DNA of 64,000 nucleotides, taken from the NCBI GenBank assembly GCA_963718525.1, contig OY970355.1, forward strand, positions 2,752,001 to 2,816,000. Direction: 5' to 3'. This document shows positions 48,552 through 57,975 of the stretch, piece by piece. The notes below the pieces were generated by a model. It was given only the letters and a program-made list of their open reading frames with translations, was not told the origin of the DNA and searched no databases. Made by a program: the position numbers and the translations under genes. How positions within the stretch are numbered: position 1 is the first letter of the stretch; the number at the start of each line of letters is the position of its first letter. Origin of the DNA: Candidatus Dormiibacterota bacterium. Lineage in GTDB: Bacteria; Chloroflexota; Dormibacteria; Aeolococcales; Aeolococcaceae.

Positions 48552-49730
48552 GTGGACCTCCTCGACGTCATCCTCATCATCTTCATCCTCGTCTTCACCG
48601 TGTCCGGCTTGCGCCGTGGACTGACCGGGGTGGCTCTTGCGCTCGCGGGCCTCGTGGTCGGCCTCCTGCTCGGCGCTGTGATTGCTCCTCCCGTCGCCAC
48701 GGCGATCACCAAGGACCCGACCACCCGGCCGATCGTCGCCATCGGCATCTTCCTGGGCGTCGCGCTCGTGGTTGAAGGGATCGGCGCGGGCGTCGGCTAC
48801 CGCATCCGGGAGCGAACCGAGCGCACCGCCCTGCTCGGCAAGGCCGATTCAGCGGTGGGGGCAGTCCTCGGCCTGGGGGCGGCGCTTGCGACGGCCTGGT
48901 ACGTCGGCCTGATCTTCTCGCAGAGCCCCTGGGTCACCCTGGACAACCAGATCAGCAACTCCGCCATCGAGCGCACCCTCGACCAGTACATGCCCCGGCC
49001 ACCTGGCTTCCTCGCCATCATCGGCAACCTCTTCCGGCCGGGAGGCTTCCCGAACCCCTTCTCCACGATCCTGAACATTCCTCCCACCCCTGTCGCCATC
49101 CCACCGCTCATCAACACGGCGGGCATCCGTGCGGCAACCGCTGTGACCTCCAGAGTGATCGCCACGGGATGCGGCGGCGGAGCTGAGGCGGGATCGTCGT
49201 GGCCCCTGGCAGCCGGGTACTTCGTCACCAACGCCCATGTCGTCGCCGGCTCGAGCAGTGTCGAGGTCGACACGCCGGACGGAGGCCGCCACGTGGCGCG
49301 CGTCGTGCTCTTCGATCCGAACACCGACGTGGCGGTGCTGTACTCACCGGGGGTGCGGCTGAGCCCGCTGGTGATCGTGAACAGCAACCCCGCACGGGGG
49401 ACGGACGGCGCGGTCATCGGCTATCCGGGTGGCGGCGCTGAACAGGTGGTCCCCGCGGCCGTCAGCGGCGTCGAGGCGGCGCGAGGCTACAACATCTATG
49501 GGGACACGCTCGTCACCCGTGAGATCGAGGTGCTCTCCGCCCGGGTCATCCCGGGAAACTCCGGTGGTCCGATCGTGAACGACAACGGCCAGGTCATCGG
49601 CGTCGTCTTCGCGGCGAGCACCGTCCAGCCCAACGTCGGCTACGCGTTGACCGTCCCGACGGTGTATCCAGACCTTCAGGCCGGCGAGCATCGCACCGCC
49701 GCGGTTTCCACCGAGGGGTGCGCCGCCTGA
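48552..49730 (+). CDS. MarP-family membrane serine protease (CvpA-like TM region + trypsin)
   Basis: 4 TM N-terminus; TNAHVV, DVAVL, GNSGGP. Confidence 0.9.
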   Translation: MDLLDVILIIFILVFTVSGLRRGLTGVALALAGLVVGLLLGAVIAPPVATAITKDPTTRPIVAIGIFLGVALVVEGIGAGVGYRIRERTERTALLGKADSAVGAVLGLGAALATAWYVGLIFSQSPWVTLDNQISNSAIERTLDQYMPRPPGFLAIIGNLFRPGGFPNPFSTILNIPPTPVAIPPLINTAGIRAATAVTSRVIATGCGGGAEAGSSWPLAAGYFVTNAHVVAGSSSVEVDTPDGGRHVARVVLFDPNTDVAVLYSPGVRLSPLVIVNSNPARGTDGAVIGYPGGGAEQVVPAAVSGVEAARGYNIYGDTLVTREIEVLSARVIPGNSGGPIVNDNGQVIGVVFAASTVQPNVGYALTVPTVYPDLQAGEHRTAAVSTEGCAA

Positions 49731-49773
49731 GTGCTGCGCTCAGGCGCTAGTACCGCGACAGCTCCCGAGCCGC

Positions 49774-49800
49774 GGAGGGGCAGCTGCACCCTGCCCCTCC
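49774..49800. terminator. Hairpin between convergent genes
   Basis: GGAGGGGCAG-N7-CTGCCCCTCC, perfect 10-bp stem. Confidence 0.65.
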
Positions 49801-49810
49801 ACTCAGCGAC

Positions 49811-50782
49811 TCAGCTCGAGATGAACCCGTTCTGAAGCAGCCACGTGTGCGCCACGTTGGTGACCGTCTGGCCCTGCACCTCGACCATCGCGTTGAGCGA
49901 GAGCATCACCGGCGTGGTCCACTTCGCCGCCACCGGTGCCATCCACGCGCCGATCGACGGGTTCTTCTGCAGCACGCTCGACCGCACCACCAGTCCCGCG
50001 TTGTCAGGTGGGAAGAGGTTCTTGTCGTCGGTCAAGGTCACCTCGTTGTTGACCTGGATCGCGGAGTTGGTGGTGTACACCTCACCGGCGTCGCACTGCC
50101 CCTTAGCGATCGCCTTCTCGGCGGTCGTGCCGATCTGTATGTAGTGGAAGGCCGAGGCGGCCGGCCAGCCGTAGGTGGTCACGAGGCCAGGAAGACCGTC
50201 GGGCCGGGTGAGGAACTCCGACTGCACGCAGACCTTGGTGGTCGGATGCGACGTCAGGTAGGTGCCGAACGCCGCCAGTGAAGTTCCGAACGTTCCCGAC
50301 TGACTCGACTTGATGGCGATGCCGTTGGTGTCATCGAATTGCGTCGGGGCGACCCAGCAGAGGCCATTGGCCTCGTCCTTCTGCTGCACGTACGTGAACG
50401 CCGCGGCCAGAGCAGTCGGGAAGTTGGTGAGCCCGAGGTAGTCACCCAGCTCGGTCCCGGTGTACTGCCAGTACATGTCGATGGTGCCGGTGGTCAGTGC
50501 AGTGCCGATCGCCTTGTCTGCAGCGGTGAATGTATTCGTGACATTGAAGCCGTGCGCATTGAGCACGTCCGCGGTCATCTGCGCCATCAACCCTTCTTCG
50601 GCAAATCCCTTGGCGCCGATCGAGAGCGTTGTGCCGTTACCGCTGGTCTGAGTTCCGCTCGGGCATGTCGATGTCGTGCCCGCGCTGGTTGACGGAGTGC
50701 CGCCGCCGGAGTTTCCACCCCCGCACGCAGCAAGGGTCCCGGGTATCGCGATTGCGATGACCGCGAGTAGCTTGCGCCTCAT
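49811..50782 (-). CDS. Osmoprotectant (OpuC/OsmF-type) ABC substrate-binding lipoprotein
   Basis: Lipobox LAAC; IGAKGFAE, YTGT, RPDGLPG, DDKNLFP. Confidence 0.9.
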   Translation of the reverse strand: MRRKLLAVIAIAIPGTLAACGGGNSGGGTPSTSAGTTSTCPSGTQTSGNGTTLSIGAKGFAEEGLMAQMTADVLNAHGFNVTNTFTAADKAIGTALTTGTIDMYWQYTGTELGDYLGLTNFPTALAAAFTYVQQKDEANGLCWVAPTQFDDTNGIAIKSSQSGTFGTSLAAFGTYLTSHPTTKVCVQSEFLTRPDGLPGLVTTYGWPAASAFHYIQIGTTAEKAIAKGQCDAGEVYTTNSAIQVNNEVTLTDDKNLFPPDNAGLVVRSSVLQKNPSIGAWMAPVAAKWTTPVMLSLNAMVEVQGQTVTNVAHTWLLQNGFISS

Positions 50783-50802
50783 GGATGTGTTCCTCCACGT
50801 GT

Positions 50803-51546
50803 TCAACCGTTGACCGTTCTTGGGACTGCGACACGCTCAATCATTGAGAGGCCCCAGTCCGCTAACAAAGCAAGTGACGCCACCATCACGGCTCCGACGA
50901 AAACCACCCTGTCACTGTTGTTGATGCCAGCGGCGATCACGTCCCCGAGGCCGCCACCTCCGATGAAGTTTCCGAGTGTAGCGGTTCCGATGATTAGGAC
51001 GAGTGCGGTGCGAAGCCCGGCAAATATCAGTGGTGACGCCAGGGGTGTCTGGACTCGCACCAAAACCTGCCAACGCGTCATGCCCATTCCTCGCGCCGCA
51101 TCGACCACCGCCGGATCGACCCCCTGGATACCTGCGACCGTATTGCGCAGGACAGGGAGCAGGCCATACACGACCAGCGCGACAACAGTCGGGGTGACCC
51201 CGAGGCCGAGGAATGCGAACAGCAGCACCAGCAGGCCGATGCCGGGAATGGCCTGTCCCAGGTTCGCGATGAGGAACACCGGCACGCGAACGAGCCGCCC
51301 CGCCTGAGCGATCACGACGCCGACCGGCACGCCGATCGCCGCGACCAGCGCGAACGAGATCCCCGAGATGTAGATATGCGAAATCGTCTCCATCATCAGG
51401 TTCGGCGCATTGATGACCTCGGAGTCGAAGGGCTTGCCGGTCAATGTTTGGTAGACACCGATCGACAGGAGAATGCCGATCACAACCCATATGGGGACGG
51501 CGAACGGGCGAAGGCGATGGACCCACGCGGGCAGGTGCGGCATCAC
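50803..51546 (-). CDS. Osmoprotectant ABC permease
   Basis: LPVLRNT, DAARGMGM EAA loop, GGGGLG. Confidence 0.9.
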   Translation of the reverse strand: MMPHLPAWVHRLRPFAVPIWVVIGILLSIGVYQTLTGKPFDSEVINAPNLMMETISHIYISGISFALVAAIGVPVGVVIAQAGRLVRVPVFLIANLGQAIPGIGLLVLLFAFLGLGVTPTVVALVVYGLLPVLRNTVAGIQGVDPAVVDAARGMGMTRWQVLVRVQTPLASPLIFAGLRTALVLIIGTATLGNFIGGGGLGDVIAAGINNSDRVVFVGAVMVASLALLADWGLSMIERVAVPRTVNG

Positions 51547-52487
51547 CGCGACCTCATCGATGCCTGACGGATCACGTCCGCGTCGATCAGACCGAGAGTG
51601 CGGTCGCCGTCGACCACCAGAACGCGTCCGTCCGGCGCCCGGAGCACGGCATCGAGCGCATCGCGGAGCGTCCCCTCGACAGCCACCACCGTGGAGGGAG
51701 CGGCACCGTTGACGGTCGTCAGTTCCACGTCACGGATGGGGATCAGTGCCAGACGCCGGACCAGCGGCCCCTCGCCGAGGAACCCGGTGACGAATTGGGA
51801 CTGCGGGTTGGCGAGCAACTCCTCGGGGGTCGTGAACTGCTCGAGCTTCCCGCCCTTGGACAGGAGCGCCACCCGGTCGCCGAGCTTTACCGCCTCATCG
51901 ATGTCGTGGGTGACGAAGACGATCGTCTTGCGGACCACGCTCTGGAGGCGGAGCAGCTCATTCTGAAGGCGCTCCCGAGCGATCGGGTCGATGGCCCCGA
52001 AGGGCTCATCCATGAGCAGGATGTTCGGATCAGCCCCCAGGGCGCGGGCGACGCCGACGCGCTGGCGTTCACCGCCGCTGAGCTCGGCCGGCAGCCGGCG
52101 GGCGTAGTCGCCGGCAGGGAGCCCTATCAGGTCGAGCAGCTCCTCGACCCGTGCCTGAATCCGCTGCTTCGGCCAATTCAGCAGACGCGGAACCGTCGCG
52201 ACGTTCTCGGCAACCGTCTGATGCGGGAAGAGACCGACCTGCTGGATGACGTACCCGATCGAGCGGCGCAGGTCGTTGACGTCGTACGTCCGCGTGTCGC
52301 GGTCATCGATGCTGATCGTGCCTTCGGTTGGTTCGATCAACCGGTTGATCATCTTCAAGGAGGTCGTCTTGCCGCATCCGGAGGGACCCACGAGGATCAC
52401 CGTCTCGCCGGACTTGATCTCGAGGGAGAGATGGTCGACGGCGACCGAGTTCGCGTAGCGCTTCACCACACGGTCGAACCTGATCAT
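51543..52487 (-). CDS. Osmoprotectant ABC ATPase
   Basis: GPSGCGKTT, LSGGERQR, MDEPFGA. Confidence 0.93.
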   Translation of the reverse strand: MIRFDRVVKRYANSVAVDHLSLEIKSGETVILVGPSGCGKTTSLKMINRLIEPTEGTISIDDRDTRTYDVNDLRRSIGYVIQQVGLFPHQTVAENVATVPRLLNWPKQRIQARVEELLDLIGLPAGDYARRLPAELSGGERQRVGVARALGADPNILLMDEPFGAIDPIARERLQNELLRLQSVVRKTIVFVTHDIDEAVKLGDRVALLSKGGKLEQFTTPEELLANPQSQFVTGFLGEGPLVRRLALIPIRDVELTTVNGAAPSTVVAVEGTLRDALDAVLRAPDGRVLVVDGDRTLGLIDADVIRQASMRSR

Positions 52488-53134
52488 GTGGCGGCCACCG
52501 AGACCCGCCCGCGGGAGAGTGCACGCTGAATGACGGCCAGGATCAGGTCGGCGAGGATGCCGATGGCGGCGACGGGGAGGATCCCGGCGAGCACGGCGTC
52601 GAGGGTGCCGGTGCTGCGACCGATGGCCGAGATGATGGTCTGGCCGAGGTCATTGACCCCGACCGTCGCTCCGACGGTTGCGATCGCGACGATCATCACG
52701 GTGGACTGCCGGATGCCGCCGAGGATCACCGGGACCGCGAGTGGCAATTCGACCCTCAGGAGCACCTGCTGCGGGCTCATCCCCATGCCGCGTGCCGCCT
52801 CCACCACCGCCGGGTCGACGGCATTGATCCCAGCCCGGGTGTTCCGCGTGACGGGCAGCAGCCCGTACAGCACCAGGCCGACGATCACCGGAGGATTGGC
52901 CAGCCCGAGCCAGATCGAGAGCAAGCCGAAGAGGGCGAAGCTGGGGACCGTGAGGATTGTGCTGGTGACCGCCATGATCACCGTTGACAAGGGCTCGGAT
53001 CGCGCGGCCGCGATGCCAAGCCCCAGCCCGATCGCGCTCGTGATCGCGATGCACTCGCCGACGATCTCGAGGTGGGTGACGATCTGCGGCTCGATCGACG
53101 TCCAGTTGTCGGAGATGTACTGAAAGACGCTCAC
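52484..53134 (-). CDS. Osmoprotectant ABC permease
   Basis: TVPSFAL, EAARGMGM. Confidence 0.9.
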   Translation of the reverse strand: MSVFQYISDNWTSIEPQIVTHLEIVGECIAITSAIGLGLGIAAARSEPLSTVIMAVTSTILTVPSFALFGLLSIWLGLANPPVIVGLVLYGLLPVTRNTRAGINAVDPAVVEAARGMGMSPQQVLLRVELPLAVPVILGGIRQSTVMIVAIATVGATVGVNDLGQTIISAIGRSTGTLDAVLAGILPVAAIGILADLILAVIQRALSRGRVSVAAT

Positions 53135-53146
53135 GCTTGTGAGGCG

Positions 53147-53674
53147 TCAGTATCCATAACCTCCAGGGGTCGGTGTGGCTGTGGGTGTCGAGCCGGAGCC
53201 GGTGGATGTGCCCGTTGACGAGGAAGTCGTGCCCGGCATGGCAGCGAACCACATGCCCCCGATGCCGTTCCCATTGGTCTGACCGGGGCCGGTGTCGTTG
53301 GCGTAGGTGTGGAGCGGCCAGCCGTTGTAGGTGACCTCGGTGACGGTCGCGCCGTTGAACATGACCGAAGCCGTGGCGAGCGTCCCGGTGACGCCGGACG
53401 CGGCGGACGGTGCTCCGGTTACCGCCAGGGGCGGCCATGTCGTCAGGCAGCCTCCGGTGCATGCGCCGAGCGTGGAGTTCTTCTCCGGCAGGAAGTAGTA
53501 GAGCGTGAAGCCCCTCGGATCGGTCAGCACGGTACCGAGGGATGTACTCGTCGTGGAGATGGTCGTGCCCGATGCAGCGGGGCCGCTGGTGGCCGGCGGC
53601 GTGGTGCTGGACCCCGCGGCGCCACAGGCGGCGAGCACCGTTGCGCCGGCCAGGGTCAGGACGATGCGTCGCAT
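53147..53674 (-). CDS. Secreted lipoprotein with Y-x4-D-type repeats
   Basis: Lipobox LAAC; GFTLYYF, CxxxCxxxWPP, YNGWPLHTYAND. Confidence 0.8.
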   Translation of the reverse strand: MRRIVLTLAGATVLAACGAAGSSTTPPATSGPAASGTTISTTSTSLGTVLTDPRGFTLYYFLPEKNSTLGACTGGCLTTWPPLAVTGAPSAASGVTGTLATASVMFNGATVTEVTYNGWPLHTYANDTGPGQTNGNGIGGMWFAAMPGTTSSSTGTSTGSGSTPTATPTPGGYGY

Positions 53675-53756
53675 GGTTGAGAACCTCCGCAGTTGGCGAT
53701 GGTATGAGTACGCCACGGCGTTACGTCGCCAATGCTCACCCGGGTATTCTCGAAGC

Positions 53757-53960
53757 ATGTGCCGAAGCATCAAGACGCTCCGCGGCGCCGAACCCCCTGC
53801 TGACGATGACGATGCTCGGGCGGCCGCGCTCCAGTTCGTGCGCAAGATCAGCGGCTACCGGGCACCGTCCAGGGCGAACCAGCCTGCCTTCGACGCGGCC
53901 GTGCAGGAGGTGACCGCTGCCACCACCCGCCTTCTCGAGGGTCTTCAGCAACGCATCTGA
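53757..53960 (+). CDS. DUF2277 family protein
   Basis: MCRSIKTL...AAALQFVRKISG. Confidence 0.85.
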   Translation: MCRSIKTLRGAEPPADDDDARAAALQFVRKISGYRAPSRANQPAFDAAVQEVTAATTRLLEGLQQRI

Positions 53961-54014
53961 CGCGTTTAGCCGTCGAACAGCGGATAATCTGCTGATGCGA
54001 TCAGGCTGGATGCA

Positions 54015-54416
54015 CTATTCCGAGTCGATCGCCCCCATGGTGATGGTGCCATTGACCGTGCCGCCGTCATCGACGCGAAGCCTCGCCGCGCGAACGTCAC
54101 CAAGCACGACGCCGCTGCCCGCCACCGTCAACCTGCCGCGTGCGATCACGTTGCCGGTCACATTTCCTCGGACTGTGACGTTGCGCCCGTCGACCTGCGC
54201 ACGCACGTTTGCAGACGACTCGACGTCGACGTCACCCGACGCTTTGATCTCCCCTTCGGCAGTCCCTTCGATGTGGAGGTCGCCTTCGATCGTGAGCGAT
54301 CCGTTAAGGACGTCGCGAGGGCCCAGGGTGATGCCCCTGGCACCTGTCGCGCCGTTTCGGTGACCTCCACGTGGAATGGACGCCGCAGCCTCCTCGACTT
54401 CAGTGATGTTCTCCAT
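54015..54416 (-). CDS. Bactofilin (polymer-forming cytoskeletal protein)
   Basis: Beta-helix repeats GSLTIEGDLHIEG, VRGNVTGNV, LRVDDGGTVNG. Confidence 0.85.
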   Translation of the reverse strand: MENITEVEEAAASIPRGGHRNGATGARGITLGPRDVLNGSLTIEGDLHIEGTAEGEIKASGDVDVESSANVRAQVDGRNVTVRGNVTGNVIARGRLTVAGSGVVLGDVRAARLRVDDGGTVNGTITMGAIDSE

Positions 54417-54483
54417 GGAATTGTCCTCTCCTTCTCGTCCGTTGCTCGGCGCATATCGTACTGATCCTGCGGTCGCTTCGCGG

Positions 54484-55449
54484 GTGGAGTGGGCGCACGA
54501 CTCGGTCACGCTCGCGGGCGTACGCGACACGTTCCGCCAGCTGCAACTCGATTTCTACCGTGCCGCTGCGCATCGATACGATTCCTGGGCGGGGGGCGCA
54601 AACGTTCGTGCCGCGCAACAGCTTGCGACGTTCATCGATGTGCAGCCGCACGAGCGCGTGATCGACATCGGCTGCGGCACAGGTCTGGTCAGCCGGTCGC
54701 TGGGGCTCGGCAACTCGACGCTCGAACACCTGGCCATCGATCTGTCTCCGGACATGATCGCGTATGCCCGCGAGCGGTCGTCGGGTGAATGTGGCATCCA
54801 GTACGCGGTCATGGACGCGCAACACCTCGTCTTCAATGACGCGCAGTTCGACATCGCGATCCTCGGGCAATCGTTGGCATACCTCGAGGATCCCTGGCAG
54901 GCGTTCGCCGAGGTCCGGCGTGTCCTGAAACCCAACGGACGCATCGCCGTGTCGTGCAGGTGCAGGAGCCTGTCGACACCCGCACAGGATGTGTTCTTCG
55001 AACGCCTCGAGCGGCTCGCGATCCGTCGTGCGCGTACGCCATCGCATCACGCGCTGTTCGGTGAGCCGTGGGTGCTCACCAACATGCTCGAGATGGCCGG
55101 TTTCGCGGATGTCAGGTTCACCCAGCTGCTGGTCGGTGTTCGCGCCGCTGATGTGCACGAATGGACGGAGCTGATGCAATGGTCAGGACCGTGGCCGCAC
55201 GCGATGATCGGTCTGTTGAGCCCCGGCGCTCGCGCCACGTTCGAGGAAGAGCTTGACCGAACCATGCACCGCCTGGGCGAAGGTGACTACGCGTTTCACG
55301 GCGCTTTCACCCTCGCCACCGGGCGGCTCCGCGACCAGTCCCCGGCTCAGCCCTCTGCTGAGTCCGCGCTCGAGGAAACGCTCGACGTCTCCGCGGTGCG
55401 CTCGTCGCTGTACGCATCGGACTCGGAACCTGCGTTTTCTTCGCCGTAG
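54484..55449 (+). CDS. Class I SAM methyltransferase (UbiE-like); start uncertain
   Basis: VIDIGCGTG, IDLSPDM, RVLKPNG. Confidence 0.85.
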   Translation: MEWAHDSVTLAGVRDTFRQLQLDFYRAAAHRYDSWAGGANVRAAQQLATFIDVQPHERVIDIGCGTGLVSRSLGLGNSTLEHLAIDLSPDMIAYARERSSGECGIQYAVMDAQHLVFNDAQFDIAILGQSLAYLEDPWQAFAEVRRVLKPNGRIAVSCRCRSLSTPAQDVFFERLERLAIRRARTPSHHALFGEPWVLTNMLEMAGFADVRFTQLLVGVRAADVHEWTELMQWSGPWPHAMIGLLSPGARATFEEELDRTMHRLGEGDYAFHGAFTLATGRLRDQSPAQPSAESALEETLDVSAVRSSLYASDSEPAFSSP

Positions 55450-55946
55450 GCTCCGCTTTCACCCTCACCACTGACGGGTGACCCAGTCACGTCAACGGCG
55501 GTCTCATCGTCATGCTGTTCCATCCGTCGCGCCGGCGGGGCGTCACCGGACCGGTTCATGGTGATGGTCGCGTTCAACGTTGCACCTTCATCGACCCGGA
55601 GCCTCCCGGCTCGGACCTCGCCCGCGAATGACGCGGTCTCGCTGAGCGCGACCAGCTCGCGAGCCACCGCGTTTCCTTCTACCTTTCCACTGACAACGAT
55701 GTCGCGAGCCGAAATCTGCGCGCGCGCGGTGCCCGTCGAGTGGACGGTGATCTCACCTGTCGCAGTGACCTCGCCGTCCAGCGTGCCTTCGATGCGTACG
55801 TCGCCGTCGACGGTCAGCGTTCCGACGAGCGAATCGCGCGGTCCGAGGACCACGATGCCTCCCGGCTCCGAAGCCGCCGGGCTCGCCGCACCACGACGCC
55901 CGCGGGCCCGGCCCGATGTGGAAATTCCGGTGTCGCTCGTGTCCAT
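55347..55946 (-). CDS. Bactofilin paralog with acidic C-terminal tail
   Basis: LGPRDSLVGTLTVDGDVRIEG...LRVDEGATLN. Confidence 0.85.
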   Translation of the reverse strand: MDTSDTGISTSGRARGRRGAASPAASEPGGIVVLGPRDSLVGTLTVDGDVRIEGTLDGEVTATGEITVHSTGTARAQISARDIVVSGKVEGNAVARELVALSETASFAGEVRAGRLRVDEGATLNATITMNRSGDAPPARRMEQHDDETAVDVTGSPVSGEGESGAYGEENAGSESDAYSDERTAETSSVSSSADSAEG

Positions 55947-56056
55947 TGCGGCTCCTTCGCTATGGCTCGGCGGTCTGTGCTCGCCGGTATCGTACGGGTC
56001 CGTCCGCTCAACGGGTCAGGCGTCGCAGTTACAAATTGCGAAACGCCTGGGGTCGG

Positions 56057-57112
56057 TTACACCACCAGGTCGCGACTGAACTCACCGACCACAGCCACCC
56101 CCGCAAGTCCCATGGCATGCGCGAGCTCGTCGCGGTACGCGTCGAGCACTCGCTGGACGCCCGCGGCCCCGCCGGCCGCGAGGCCCCACAGGATCGGACG
56201 GCCGATCATTGCCGCTGTTGCGCCGAGAGAGAGCGCAACGAAGACGTCCGTGCCGCTCACAATGCCGCCGTCCACGAGGACCGGCGCCCGGCCTTCCACC
56301 GCCGCCACGATCTCTGGGAGGGCGACGGCCGAGGCCACGGCTCGGTCGAGCTGGCGTCCACCGTGGTTGGAGACCACGACGCCGGCCGCGCCCGCGTCAA
56401 GACACGCTGCCGCGTCGTCAGCGCGGAGGACTCCCTTGACGAACACCGGGAGCCCCGCCAGGTCGCGCAGCCACGCGATCGTCTCCAGGCCAATCGTGGG
56501 GTCCTGATCGAGGCTGGCCGTGACGTCGTCGAACGCTGTCCCCGGCCTCAGATGCGCACCGAAGTTGACCAGGTGCTGCTCCATGGTCAGCGGAGCGAAA
56601 TGGCCGCGCCGCTTGAACCCGATGTATGGCGTGTCCACGGTCAGCATCAGTGCTCTCGCTCCCAACCCGGCGGCGCGGCGCACCAGCTCCTCGGTCACAC
56701 GGCGTTCCCGGACCACGTAGACCTGGTACCACCACGCGCCGCCAAGCGCTGCGGCGATCTCCTCGAGCGTCCGGGTCGCACGGGTCGTCACCACCATGAG
56801 GCCGTCCGCAGCGCTGACGCCGCGTGCGGTCTCGACCTCGCCCTCAGGATGAGCCACCTGGTGATACGCGGTCGGCGCCACCACGACCGGCACCCCGAGG
56901 GACGTTCCCAACACCTCCGTCGTGAGATCGGTCGGCGCGCCTCCGCGAAAGATGCGAGGCCGGAGCCGGTAGCGACGCCACGCCGCTCGCAACTCCTCGA
57001 GGCTCAGCTCATCCCCCGCCCCCGCTGCGATGTAGTCGAACGCCGCCGGCGGCAGCTTCGCGCGGGCGGCGAGCTCGTGCTCGACGAGCAGGTCGGCCAG
57101 GGACTCGTCCAC
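56057..57112 (-). CDS. FMN-dependent alpha-hydroxy acid oxidase/dehydrogenase
   Basis: FDYIAAGA, APTA, TVD, KG, SNHGGRQLD, DGG. Confidence 0.93.
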   Translation of the reverse strand: MDESLADLLVEHELAARAKLPPAAFDYIAAGAGDELSLEELRAAWRRYRLRPRIFRGGAPTDLTTEVLGTSLGVPVVVAPTAYHQVAHPEGEVETARGVSAADGLMVVTTRATRTLEEIAAALGGAWWYQVYVVRERRVTEELVRRAAGLGARALMLTVDTPYIGFKRRGHFAPLTMEQHLVNFGAHLRPGTAFDDVTASLDQDPTIGLETIAWLRDLAGLPVFVKGVLRADDAAACLDAGAAGVVVSNHGGRQLDRAVASAVALPEIVAAVEGRAPVLVDGGIVSGTDVFVALSLGATAAMIGRPILWGLAAGGAAGVQRVLDAYRDELAHAMGLAGVAVVGEFSRDLVV

Positions 57113-57138
57113 GCGGAGGATTGTCTGTCAGCGACGCG

Positions 57139-57954
57139 TTACCCGGGTGACGGCGTCGGCGTCGGAAGGGGCTGATACTCGTTGAGCGGGATGATCGGCG
57201 CCGCCAGGCCGGAGGCGACGCTGCTCGAACACTGCGCCAACTCGATCTGCTGCTCTCCAGGCGCTCCAACCAGGTCGGTCAACGTGGGACAGCTATACGT
57301 CAACGTATGCAGGCTCGGGGCCGCAGGCGGGCCGTACGCCACCGCGTCGGTGAAGTGGCATCGCGCATCGATGTCAGGGACGATGCGAAATCGATGCACG
57401 GCGAGCTCGTCGACACCGGTGTCGCGAACCGTGAGCGTCTTGGGAATGCACGCCTCTGCCGAGGCGGCGAAACACTGCGCAGCCTCCGCGGACGCTGCCG
57501 AGGTCGCGCCTCCGATGCCGACCGCCGCTGTGCCACACGACGGTACCGGGACGAGCGCGGCTGTGAGCGCGGACGCGCCCGTCGCCACGCCCAGCGTCGC
57601 GAGGATCACCAGGAGGTTCCGGGTCACGTTTCGGAGTCCACCGCGCCCATGCATGAGCACGAGGGCAGAGCAGATCAACGTGTCAACGCCGAGCAGCGCA
57701 CCGATGGCAATGCCCGCGATGACGAAACCGGTGACGGCCGAGACCACCACGGCGATCACCAGCGCGGCGATCTCCACCAGCACGTACGGGCGATTGACGA
57801 ACCGGTGCCCCGCGATCAACGCCACGGGAACGAGGACGGCGAGCAGGAGGAGTGAGGCGACCAGAGCGAATCCGAGCCCTGCCCAGAAGCTCAGTGCCGC
57901 CCAGGCAAGGAGAAGCAGGCCGAAGACGGTCAGGTACTGAACGCGACCACGCAC
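57139..57954 (-). CDS. Hypothetical membrane protein with a Cys-rich C-terminal domain
   Basis: About 5 TM segments, then about 130 aa with 6 Cys; co-oriented with the HtrA gene. Confidence 0.6.
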   Translation of the reverse strand: MRGRVQYLTVFGLLLLAWAALSFWAGLGFALVASLLLLAVLVPVALIAGHRFVNRPYVLVEIAALVIAVVVSAVTGFVIAGIAIGALLGVDTLICSALVLMHGRGGLRNVTRNLLVILATLGVATGASALTAALVPVPSCGTAAVGIGGATSAASAEAAQCFAASAEACIPKTLTVRDTGVDELAVHRFRIVPDIDARCHFTDAVAYGPPAAPSLHTLTYSCPTLTDLVGAPGEQQIELAQCSSSVASGLAAPIIPLNEYQPLPTPTPSPG

Positions 57955-57975
57955 GACGCGCAGTCTATTGCCGGG

